DNA of 64,000 nt. Origin: Lachnospiraceae bacterium (GTDB lineage Bacteria; Bacillota; Clostridia; Lachnospirales; Lachnospiraceae). The notes under the pieces are model-generated. The model worked only from the letters and a program-made list of their open reading frames with translations. It was not told the DNA's origin and did no database searches. Location of the stretch: positions 1,733 through 65,732 of the forward strand of contig JAGBEO010000001.1 of NCBI GenBank assembly GCA_017936885.1, read 5' to 3'. Position numbers and translations under genes: made by a program. Of the stretch, positions 45,923 to 54,433 are shown in pieces (the first letter of the stretch is position 1; each line of letters begins with the position of its first letter).

Positions 45923-46066
45923 CTATTGGTTCAAAGAATAGCCATACCTGAAGCGGCGATAGATTTTCCATACGATCACGGTAGGAAGGCTTACCAGCAG
46001 ATAAAGTGTACTGAGAAGACCGGCAGCACCACCGATCAATGCAACAATAAGCATACCAATATTCAT
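45923..46066 (-). CDS. 47-aa small membrane protein (hypothetical; not in the supplied ORF track)
   Basis: GAGAGGAGTG lies upstream of the ATG. MNIGMLIVALIGGAAGLLSTLYLLVSLPTVIVWKIYRRFRYGYSLNQ has a hydrophobic helix and a basic tail. It ends at the shared terminator. Confidence 0.4.
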   Translation of the reverse strand: MNIGMLIVALIGGAAGLLSTLYLLVSLPTVIVWKIYRRFRYGYSLNQ

Positions 46067-46266
46067 AACAAGAATCACTCCTCTCCTTTTTCTCAGAGCA
46101 ATTATAGAAAATTTGCATCCTCAGGAAAATAGAAAAAAGAGTTTCTTAACATAAGCTGAGCAAAATGAAAACAAAAAATTAACATTGGCTTAGCAGATTC
46201 TTAGCGCAGCTCTCCCATCATAGGCCGTGTTGCTGTCAGCCTACTTCAGGTAACGGTGCATTGATA

Positions 46267-47058
46267 TCACGCAAGATTGAATTCCTTAAGCAGCTTCTGC
46301 TGATACTCTGTATCCTTAGCAGATCTGATAATATCCTCCATACGATTCTGCCCGGCAAGCATCTGTATCAGTTGATTAATTTCCTGTTTTCCTTCTTCTT
46401 TGATATCAAAATCATGTAACAATTCCTTCATATACTCACGCCTCCATTTCTCGTTGCGCTTTGTACGTTCAACCTCGTGGTCGATTTTCTTCGTAAATTC
46501 GCTTTCCGGCTGCTTTGTCTCTATATACTGTAAAAAAATTCTGAGTTCTTCCGGTGCATCCTCCAGATTGCCCTTTGTATTAAAAAAGAGCTTCGTCATC
46601 CCATCTTCCAGTACCAGGCTTGTATCTTCTTTACATAAGTGCTGAAACGTATACCGATACTTTCCTTCGCCAAAAGGATCGAAAGTGCAGATAAATATAA
46701 TATAGCTTTTATTGAGTGCTGTATAGGGCAGTCCTCTTTCTATCAGGCTCAAATCAAGCATTCCCTGATAGTAGCGGCTTCTCTTTGGTAATTGTTCTAA
46801 AATTTCACTGCCGTCTTTTTGCTGCATTTCGGCATTATAGACAGTGTTCATGTCATCTGCTACATAGACGTCCAAACGAACGCTTTTCCCCTGATAAGTG
46901 ATATTGATTATTTTCTGCGTTTCGGGATATTCGATATTCTCTATTTGAATTCCCAATAGAACTTCTAATGTCTTTTTACAGATTTCCTTGTTCTGCATAA
47001 CCTTTCCAAACATAAAATCGTCCCGTAACTCCAGTTCTTCGAATTGTTTCTGATTCAT
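46267..47058 (-). CDS. PDDEXK_2-type Rpn-family putative transposase/nuclease
   Basis: LRDDFMFGKVMQN...SVRLDVYVADDMNTVYNAEMQQK is the classical PD-(D/E)XK_2 (TIGR01784-like) N-terminus. Start is placed at MNQKQF, preceded by AGGAG. Confidence 0.8.
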   Translation of the reverse strand: MNQKQFEELELRDDFMFGKVMQNKEICKKTLEVLLGIQIENIEYPETQKIINITYQGKSVRLDVYVADDMNTVYNAEMQQKDGSEILEQLPKRSRYYQGMLDLSLIERGLPYTALNKSYIIFICTFDPFGEGKYRYTFQHLCKEDTSLVLEDGMTKLFFNTKGNLEDAPEELRIFLQYIETKQPESEFTKKIDHEVERTKRNEKWRREYMKELLHDFDIKEEGKQEINQLIQMLAGQNRMEDIIRSAKDTEYQQKLLKEFNLA

Positions 47059-47061
47059 ACT

Positions 47062-47099
47062 GAATCTCCTTTCTTTTGTTTGCAGTCCGCAGGAGATTC
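47062..47099 (-). promoter_or_regulatory. SD-sequestering hairpin in the leader of the PDDEXK_2 gene
   Basis: The minus-strand RNA reads GAAUCUCCU, a 20-nt loop, then AGGAGAUUC, AGU, AUG. This is a perfect 9-bp stem whose 3' arm contains the Shine-Dalgarno sequence. Confidence 0.5.
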
Positions 47100-47421
47100 C
47101 TATAAAAAATTTTTGCTCTCGGAAATCCCTGCTTTTGTTTGTTGTGAATAAAAGCATAGATTTCTTTGATAAACAGAATTGATATCAGAATCACTCATTG
47201 AAATTTAGAAAGTATGCTTTGTTTTTACTATATCAGCAACATAATATTTTATCAAGTGTTTTTATAAATATAACGTATTTTTTCTATACATTTTTACGTT
47301 TTCGGATTGATTTCGCATTAAAATGACTGTGGATATGACAGAAATATTTCAGTTGTCCAAGCAGGCGGATTGCTATATAATGGGACAGGATGAAAAAGAG
47401 CGTGCAGAAAGGATCTTTCAC

Positions 47422-48330
47422 ATGAAAAACAAACTTGGCACAAACGGAACACTTCTTATTATATTGGCAGGTATCTTCTGGGGCAGCATGGGCATCTTTG
47501 TCCGCGGGCTGACCTCCCTTACCGATTTTACCTCCATTCAGATTGTCTGTGTCCGTCTGGTTGTGGCTGCCGTTTTCTTTTCTGTCATATTATGGAAGAA
47601 AGACCGCCGCGGTTTTCGTATCAGCAGAAAGGATATTCCTCTATTTCTGGGGCTTGGCTTATGCAGTATTCTGTTCTTCTCTACCTGCTACTTTACCGCC
47701 ATCCGTATGATGACACTGTCCATTGCCGCGATCCTGCTCTACACATCGCCGATCTGGGTCATGCTGATGTCTATGGTGGTGTTCCATGAGAAGATGAATA
47801 GAAATAAACTGCTTGCCCTGATTATCTCTTTTCTGGGCTGTATCTTTGTCTCCGGCATCGGTTCAGGTGACAGTATCGTCACACCTCTGGGCATCCTGAT
47901 CGGGCTTTGCTCCGGTTTGGGCTATGGACTTTACAGCATCTTAGGAACCATTGCCCTGCGCAAATACTCAAGCTATACAGTCACTACATATACCTTCGTA
48001 ATAGCCGCCATCGGTTCTCTGTTTGTATGTTCCTTCCCTGATTTATGGCATAAAATAACGGTTTGCGAAAGCAAACCGTATCTGTGTTTCTTTATTATAT
48101 TGACCGGATTAGTCACGGCTGTAATTCCTTTCCTGCTGTACACATTGGGCTTAGAACATGTGGAAGCCAGCCGCGCCGCCATCCTTGCCACCATTGAACC
48201 GATGGTGGCAACCCTGATCGGAGTCCTTGTCTTCCATGAATATCTGACATTTCTGTCAACCTTGGGAATCCTCTGCATTCTCGCTGCTATCGTTATGCTG
48301 AATATGCCGCATAACCCAAATAAACCTTAA
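47422..48330 (+). CDS. EamA/DMT-superfamily transporter
   Basis: Ten TM helices in two EamA-like halves. The start is uncertain (47323 alternative). Confidence 0.8.
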   Translation: MKNKLGTNGTLLIILAGIFWGSMGIFVRGLTSLTDFTSIQIVCVRLVVAAVFFSVILWKKDRRGFRISRKDIPLFLGLGLCSILFFSTCYFTAIRMMTLSIAAILLYTSPIWVMLMSMVVFHEKMNRNKLLALIISFLGCIFVSGIGSGDSIVTPLGILIGLCSGLGYGLYSILGTIALRKYSSYTVTTYTFVIAAIGSLFVCSFPDLWHKITVCESKPYLCFFIILTGLVTAVIPFLLYTLGLEHVEASRAAILATIEPMVATLIGVLVFHEYLTFLSTLGILCILAAIVMLNMPHNPNKP

Positions 48331-48385
48331 CCCCAAATATGGCAGCACTGTCAGCCCTGCTCATGCAGGCCGTCATCCCCGCTGC

Positions 48386-48601
48386 TTAGAACAAATTCAC
48401 CTTGCCGCAGAAGCCGTCATTAATTACGTAGTAAGCAGTAAACTCTTCCGGCTTCACATAAACCTGCAGGCTTTCTATGGAATCCTCCGTGTTTCCCTTA
48501 GCTACATAATGTGCTTTGACTCTCTTAGTCACATCATCCATGTTTACTTCGTATTCACGATACTGCAATATTACTTCCGGCACTGTCTTTTTCTGATCCA
48601 T
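48386..48601 (-). CDS. Small hypothetical protein
   Basis: AGGGAG lies upstream of the internal Met (MDQKKTVPEV...). No recognised domain. Confidence 0.45.
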   Translation of the reverse strand: MDQKKTVPEVILQYREYEVNMDDVTKRVKAHYVAKGNTEDSIESLQVYVKPEEFTAYYVINDGFCGKVNLF

Positions 48602-48865
48602 TGAATTCTCCCTTTCAGCATAACCCCCGCGCCGAAATCTTCCCCTGAATTTGACACGGAATTTTACGCAAAACACAATTAACTGTCAACATATGACTTA
48701 TTGTAACATCAATTGTCCTTTTCCACAAGCATTTATGCCGGACTTTCCCAACCAATGATTGCCCCTAAGTTACAGTTCACACCCCATGTCAGTTTTAGCT
48801 CATTATTCGAAATATCTGATGTGCACTGTAACAGCTGATGCACACAAAATGCCAAAAGCAGGCAT

Positions 48866-50326
48866 CTATCTTCTCGTCCACGTACTTTTCGAAAACAGAA
48901 TCAGGATCGGGAATATCTCCAATCGTCCCGCCAGCATATCCACGATCAGCATCCCCTTAGACAACACGCTGTAGCCGCCGAAATTGCAGGTCGGTCCCAC
49001 AGTTTCCAGTCCCGGTCCGATATTGTTAAAGCAGGCAAGCACGGCGGAGAAATTCGTCATTGTTGAAAATCCGTCGATGGAAATCACAATAAAGCTAAAT
49101 ACAATAATAAATGCATATGCTGCCAGATAAGCGTTGGTATTGTCCAGCACTCTCTCCTGCACCATCTGATGATTTACACGCACTACCTGTACCTTCTGCG
49201 GGTGCAGAATCTGTCTTACATTGCGCCGCAGGCTCTTTAACAGCAATAAGGCTCTGCCGCATTTAAAACCGCCGCCCGTACTTCCCGCACAGGCTCCGAT
49301 CAGCATAAGCCCCAGCAGAATCGCCTTGGAGAAGCTGGGCCACAGATCAAAATCTGTTGTGGCAAACCCAGTGGTCGTCATAATACTTGCCACCTGAAAC
49401 GCTGCGTGGCGCACAGTCTCTTCCAGAGAGCCGTACATATCTCTCACATTCCAGGCAATCAGCACGATACTGCCCAGCGCAATCCCCACATAAAACCGCA
49501 GTTCTTCATCCCGAAACACACTCTTAACCTGCTTGATCAGCAGCATATAATAACAAGTAAAGTTCACGCCGAACAACAGCATAAATACCGTACACACATC
49601 CTGTAAATAGGGACTATAGCCTGCCATACTGTCACTCTTAATACCAAAACCGCCCGTTCCTGCCGTGCCAAACGCCGTACAGACCGCATCAAACAGCGGC
49701 ATCCGCCCGATCAACAGGAAGATCACATTCAAAACAGTCAAAAAGAAATAGATAAAATACAATATTTTGGCAGTTTCCTTCATCTTCGGCACCAGCTTGC
49801 CCACCTTAGGTCCCGGGCTTTCTGCCCGAAGCAAATGCATGGTATAGCCATCACTTTTATCATTTCCGTTCCCCCTGCCAAGCGCCAGCACGAATACTAA
49901 AACACCCATGCCGCCCAGCCAGTGGGTAAAACTTCGCCAGTATAAATTGCCCATGGAAAGCGCTTCCACATCCGCTAATACAGAAGCGCCGGTCGTCGTA
50001 AAGCCTGACACCGTCTCAAACAAAGCATCCATAAAGTGCGGTATCTCCCCGGAAAAATAGAACGGAAGGCACCCTAAAAGACTCATCACAATCCAGCTTG
50101 CACCTACACAAACGAGTCCTTCCTTGGCATAAAATCCCTTCTTGGCCTTTCTGCACAGAAACCATAAAGCTAAAGCCAGCGACAACGTAATGACTATGCT
50201 GGTCAAGAATCCGCATACCGACCGCATTTCACTTTCATATAAGCTGATCAGCAGGGCAGGCAGCATAAACGCCGCTTCTACCAATAAGATTCTGCTGATA
50301 AACTTTCCCATCATTCGATAATTCAT
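48866..50326 (-). CDS. trkH: TrkH/KtrB-family potassium uptake membrane subunit
   Basis: Polytopic protein with repeated selectivity-filter-like TTTG/GTGG segments (SGFTTTGAS, FGTAGTGGF, MTTTGFAT, CAGSTGGG). Confidence 0.9.
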   Translation of the reverse strand: MNYRMMGKFISRILLVEAAFMLPALLISLYESEMRSVCGFLTSIVITLSLALALWFLCRKAKKGFYAKEGLVCVGASWIVMSLLGCLPFYFSGEIPHFMDALFETVSGFTTTGASVLADVEALSMGNLYWRSFTHWLGGMGVLVFVLALGRGNGNDKSDGYTMHLLRAESPGPKVGKLVPKMKETAKILYFIYFFLTVLNVIFLLIGRMPLFDAVCTAFGTAGTGGFGIKSDSMAGYSPYLQDVCTVFMLLFGVNFTCYYMLLIKQVKSVFRDEELRFYVGIALGSIVLIAWNVRDMYGSLEETVRHAAFQVASIMTTTGFATTDFDLWPSFSKAILLGLMLIGACAGSTGGGFKCGRALLLLKSLRRNVRQILHPQKVQVVRVNHQMVQERVLDNTNAYLAAYAFIIVFSFIVISIDGFSTMTNFSAVLACFNNIGPGLETVGPTCNFGGYSVLSKGMLIVDMLAGRLEIFPILILFSKSTWTRR

Positions 50327-50339
50327 ATGACACCTTTAT

Positions 50340-51698
50340 CTATTCAAAAATATCGTTCAACTGATAGATCACTTCGTCCCTTCCGGTTACAATGATCACT
50401 ATATTTCCTTTGGAGAAATAGGAATCGCCGTTGGGCAGTTCAAACTTTGCCCCCTTGGAGATACTGACTACACGAATATTTTTCTTGAGTTTAATATCTT
50501 TTAGCGGCTTGCCCTGATGCAGTGTGTTCTCATCCACGATAAACTCAATAGCTTCCGCCTGTCCGTCCGCGATCACATGCACTGCCTGTGCCGCTCCGGT
50601 CTGGTTCTTGACCGCACGCACATACCGCAGAATACTGTTGCAGCACAGCTCCTTCGGGCTGATAATACTGCCGATGGAAAGCGTATCTAAAATACTGTTA
50701 TTATTCAAGCGCCCCAGCTTCGTAATGATCTGTGGTACATTACAGTTGTTTCCATACAGGGAAATGATAATATTCATTTCGTCCACGCCGGTCAATGTCA
50801 CAAGCACATCACAATCCGCAATTCTCTCACTCTCTAACAGGAACTCACTGCTGGCATCGCCATGCACCACCGTTACCTCCGGCAGCTGATTGGCAAGGGA
50901 AAGGCATCTTTCATAATCCTGCTCAATGATCTCCACCATAATGCCGTCTTTGACAAGCATCTGTGCCAAATAATAGCTCAGCCTGCCGCCGCCGCACAGA
51001 AGCACCCGCTTCGCCTTATGGGTGATCACTCCTATATTTTTGAGGAACAAAGTCAGTTCTCTGACTGCCGCAGTGACGAAAATTCTGTCTCCTGCCTGCA
51101 GGGTAAAATTACCGTCCGGGATAATCGCCTTGCTGTTTCTAAGCACCGCACAGACCAGAATCTTACATTTCACAATATTACCCAAATCATAAAGGCTCGC
51201 ATTGCACAGCTTGGAATCCTCCCTGATACGCAGCTCCACGATTTCCACCCTGCCCTTGGCAAAGGTGTCCCTCTTTAAGAAACCCGGATACTTAATCAGC
51301 CGCACCATCTCCATCGCAGCCTGTCTCTCCGGGTTGACCATCATGGACAATCCGAAAAGATTACGCATCTCATAGATTTGATCCGTATATTCCGGATTCC
51401 GTATTCTTGCAATCGTATGTATCTTCGGGTTCATGCCGTGAGCCGTGGTACAGCATAACATGTTTACCTCGTCCGCACCGGTCATGGCAATCAGAAGTTC
51501 CGCCTCCTGTACCCCTGCCTGAGATAAAGTAGCCATGGATGCGCAATTCCCCTGCACTATCATGACATCATATCTCTCTTCACTCAGTTCCAACACCTCA
51601 GCTTTGGCATCGATCAGCGTAATATCATGCCCCTCCGCTGCCAGTTCTCTGGTAAGCGTTGATCCCACCTTACCATCGCCCGCTATTATGATCTTCAC
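50340..51698 (-). CDS. trkA: TrkA potassium uptake NAD-binding subunit (tandem RCK)
   Basis: MKIIIAGDGKVGS and VLLCGGGRLS Rossmann motifs, plus two RCK_C segments. GTG start after GGAGG. Confidence 0.9.
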   Translation of the reverse strand: MKIIIAGDGKVGSTLTRELAAEGHDITLIDAKAEVLELSEERYDVMIVQGNCASMATLSQAGVQEAELLIAMTGADEVNMLCCTTAHGMNPKIHTIARIRNPEYTDQIYEMRNLFGLSMMVNPERQAAMEMVRLIKYPGFLKRDTFAKGRVEIVELRIREDSKLCNASLYDLGNIVKCKILVCAVLRNSKAIIPDGNFTLQAGDRIFVTAAVRELTLFLKNIGVITHKAKRVLLCGGGRLSYYLAQMLVKDGIMVEIIEQDYERCLSLANQLPEVTVVHGDASSEFLLESERIADCDVLVTLTGVDEMNIIISLYGNNCNVPQIITKLGRLNNNSILDTLSIGSIISPKELCCNSILRYVRAVKNQTGAAQAVHVIADGQAEAIEFIVDENTLHQGKPLKDIKLKKNIRVVSISKGAKFELPNGDSYFSKGNIVIIVTGRDEVIYQLNDIFE

Positions 51699-51705
51699 TT
51701 GAAGT

Positions 51706-51798
51706 TCCTCCGTAACTTTGTCGCTTTATATTTTGTCTCTTTGTATTTGTCACTCTGTATTTTGCCGCTTTGCATCTTGCTGCTCTGTATTTTATTGC
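51706..51798 (-). repeat. Five to six tandem degenerate 14-15-nt units (CAAAATACAGAGNGA-like) in the trkA 5' leader
   Basis: The minus strand reads GCAATAAAATACAGAGCAG CAAGATGCAAAGCGG CAAAATACAGAGTGA CAAATACAAAGAGA CAAAATATAAAGCGA CAAAGTTACGGAGGA, directly abutting the SD sequence. Confidence 0.7.
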
Positions 51799-51942
51799 TT
51801 AATCATATTTCTTCTTTCACAGATAGATTCCAACCCAGAGAAGCAGGTTATCTTCCACCCTATTATAGCACCCTTGTTAAAAAAGGCAACGACAAAACAG
51901 CTTTCAACTTTTAGTCAAATATTGTTTTCTCGGTAAAACAAT

Positions 51943-51989
51943 AAGCAGTAAACTCCGGTATCAAAGACCTCTGACCGGATTTACTGCTT
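51943..51989 (-). terminator. Terminator hairpin downstream of the GH1-PMI gene
   Basis: AAGCAGTAAACTCCGGT ... ACCGGATTTACTGCTT long stem, followed on the minus strand by TATTGTTTT and a second small hairpin. Confidence 0.6.
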
Positions 51990-52056
51990 AAGCTGTTATC
52001 CTATGCTGTTATTCTGCTTCTTAAATGTTACCCTATACGACTGCGGTGCCTGCATA

Positions 52057-54384
52057 TTACCCTATATCCTTCTGCTGCCTGGCGGGCGCAGAGATCATCA
52101 GTTCCATCTCTCCCTGCAAAGCCGCCTTCCCGTATCCGAAGGGCAGAATAAAATGATCTCCCTTGCTAATCATCTGTCCGTTAATCAGTCCTTCGCCTTC
52201 CACCACACTGACAAGCAGATAGCTCTCCTGCTCCTCCAGCACATAAGGCGCCGTCACATTCAGCTTCCATACCTGATAATAATCACAGGCAATCAGTCTG
52301 TTCATTGTATTATCCGGCAATCCGGCAGTGTCCAGAATACTATCCTTTGCCTCTTTGGCAGGAACGGTAATGACATCGATACTCTTCTCAATATGAAGCT
52401 TGCGTGGCACACCGCCGCTTAATCTGTCATAATCATAGACTCGGTAAGTAATGTCACTGTTCTGCTGCGTCTCTAACAGCAGGATGCCTCCCTTGATGGC
52501 ATGAACCGTACCCGGCTCGATCTGGATGAAATCCCCCTTCTTCACCGGAATTTCACGGATCAGTTCGCCCCATCTGTGTTCCGCTATCATTTGGCAAAGC
52601 TGCTCTTTGGTAGCAGCATTATGTCCCACTACCAATGTGGCATCCTGCGGGCAGTCCAGCACATACCAGCATTCCGTTTTCCCCAGGGAACCGTTTTCCT
52701 TTTCTTTCGCATAAACGTCATCCGGGTGCACCTGAATGCTCAGATCATCCCTGGCATCAATCACCTTTGTAAGCAGCGGGAATCTGTCCCCCGTGGGATT
52801 ACCGAAGAGCTGCGGTTCCTCTGTCCACAACTGCGACAGGGTTTTGCCGGCATACTCCCCTTCTCTCACCGTACAGTCACCGTTTGGATTGGCGCTGATG
52901 CCCCAGCATTCCCCGGTGTTTCCTCTGGGAATATCATATCCCCATTCCGTGCCGAGGCGGTCGCCGCCCCAAACGGTCTGCTTCAGCACCGGATCAAAGA
53001 ACAGGATCGGCTTTTTCCCCTGATTGACAGTGAGATTTCTGCCGTTACATTCCATTGTTTTCTGATACCAGTAGGCAGAGTCCTTGGCAATCCTCTTCTG
53101 GGTTGTAAAATCCACATGAACAATGCCGAACCGCTCCGTATAGCCTTTATCCCACTCAAAATTATCCAGAAAAGTCCACAGGAAATATCCTCTCACGTCT
53201 GCCCCGTCATCACATGCCTTCTGCAATGCAGAAAGATAAGCATCCAGAAACGTAATGCGGTTTGGATCACGCACCTGCCCGTCAGCAGACACGATATCAT
53301 GGCAGGACATACCGTTTTCCGTCACATAGAGGGGCATCTGATATCTGTCATATAAGAATTTCACTCCCCAGTAGAGACATTCCGGTGTTACCGGCCAGTT
53401 TGCCGCGGTCTTGGGGAATCCCGCCGGTCTTTCCACGAATTCCGGTTCTCCGTCTTTGCCTGCCCGCACCATGTACCCGTTATAAATATTCTGACCCATA
53501 AAGTCAATCGGCTGGTGAATCAGTTCCATATCTTTCTCTGTGATAACCGGAAGGTACTCTTTAAACTTCTCCAGCCCGTTTGCCGGATACTTGCCTAAGA
53601 ACACGGGATCGTTGAACCATGCCACATTCCAGGTCCAGTTATCCATCGGATTATAGAAGGAGAAGAGAACTTTTCTTGCTGCCTCCACATCCTCTTCGCT
53701 GCTGCTTGCAGGATAGGCCATACTGCAAGTCGGGGCATAGCCTATCTTAACCGGCTGTTTTGCATATTTTCTGAGATGGATCACTGCCTGCCCGTGTGCC
53801 CGCAGAACATTATGTGCTATTTGAAAAGTTTCCTGATAGGTCAGCTTTTGCCCCGGCGCATGGACGCCGTTCAAATACCCAAGCCCCACGAAGCATTCCG
53901 GCTCATTTAATGTAATAAAGTATTCACAAATATCAGAGAAATTCTCTGCAATCACTCTGGCATACTCACCAAACCAACCGATGATCTCTTCGTTCAGCCA
54001 GCCGCCCCTATCCTGCAGTGCCTGGGGCAATTCCCAGTGATACATCGTCAGATAGGGCGTTATCCCATTCTTCTTCATTTTCAGAATCATATCCCGGTAC
54101 AGGGCTATGGCTTTCCTGTTCACGGTGCCTATCCCCTCCGGCATGATCCTGCTCCAACTGACGGAAAAGCGATAGGCTTTCACACCAAGCAGGCGCATCA
54201 TTCTGTAATCGTCAGGATAACGATGTATGTGGTCACAGGCAACAGAAGCGCCTTTGCCATCCAAAGTTCCGCCCGCTTCCACAAAGGTATCCCAAATCAT
54301 TCTGCCCGCACCGTCATCCGCATCCCTGCCTTCCATCTGATATGCACTGCCGGCAACGCCCCACACGAAATCATCTCGAAACAT
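52057..54384 (-). CDS. Fusion protein: N-terminal GH1 beta-glycosidase + C-terminal class I mannose-6-phosphate isomerase
   Basis: GH1 motifs are FVWGVAGSAYQMEG, TLNEPECF and YVTENGMS. From about aa 455 come the type I PMI motifs VWGGDRLG..ECWGIS, LSIQVHPDD and GKTECWYVL..VHAI. Confidence 0.88.
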   Translation of the reverse strand: MFRDDFVWGVAGSAYQMEGRDADDGAGRMIWDTFVEAGGTLDGKGASVACDHIHRYPDDYRMMRLLGVKAYRFSVSWSRIMPEGIGTVNRKAIALYRDMILKMKKNGITPYLTMYHWELPQALQDRGGWLNEEIIGWFGEYARVIAENFSDICEYFITLNEPECFVGLGYLNGVHAPGQKLTYQETFQIAHNVLRAHGQAVIHLRKYAKQPVKIGYAPTCSMAYPASSSEEDVEAARKVLFSFYNPMDNWTWNVAWFNDPVFLGKYPANGLEKFKEYLPVITEKDMELIHQPIDFMGQNIYNGYMVRAGKDGEPEFVERPAGFPKTAANWPVTPECLYWGVKFLYDRYQMPLYVTENGMSCHDIVSADGQVRDPNRITFLDAYLSALQKACDDGADVRGYFLWTFLDNFEWDKGYTERFGIVHVDFTTQKRIAKDSAYWYQKTMECNGRNLTVNQGKKPILFFDPVLKQTVWGGDRLGTEWGYDIPRGNTGECWGISANPNGDCTVREGEYAGKTLSQLWTEEPQLFGNPTGDRFPLLTKVIDARDDLSIQVHPDDVYAKEKENGSLGKTECWYVLDCPQDATLVVGHNAATKEQLCQMIAEHRWGELIREIPVKKGDFIQIEPGTVHAIKGGILLLETQQNSDITYRVYDYDRLSGGVPRKLHIEKSIDVITVPAKEAKDSILDTAGLPDNTMNRLIACDYYQVWKLNVTAPYVLEEQESYLLVSVVEGEGLINGQMISKGDHFILPFGYGKAALQGEMELMISAPARQQKDIG

Positions 54385-54433
54385 TTATATATCCTGCCTT
54401 TCCCATACCTTTTTCCTATGGCTTTGTTTTCCT

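Noticed and set aside
46260-47187. The 10-nt sequence ATTGATATCA occurs at both sides of the PDDEXK_2 gene (46260-46269 and 47178-47187), suggesting a target-site duplication or element ends.
   Set aside because: It is only 10 nt, its core is palindromic, one copy overlaps the stop codon, and there is no extended similarity. It could be chance, so it is kept only as a note.
51699-51936. Two overlapping plus-strand ORFs with LCILLLCILL-type repeats.
   Set aside because: They are translations of the tandem repeat in the trkA leader. They have no SD and lie on the strand opposite to all neighbouring transcription. I treat them as non-coding repeats, and the units are too short and spacer-less to be a CRISPR array.
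51699-52000. A c-di-AMP (ydaO/kimA-type) riboswitch upstream of trkA.
   Set aside because: I looked for the characteristic pseudo-two-fold ACGGGGA/CCCA-type conserved cores by eye and did not find them. This cannot be excluded without an Infernal scan.
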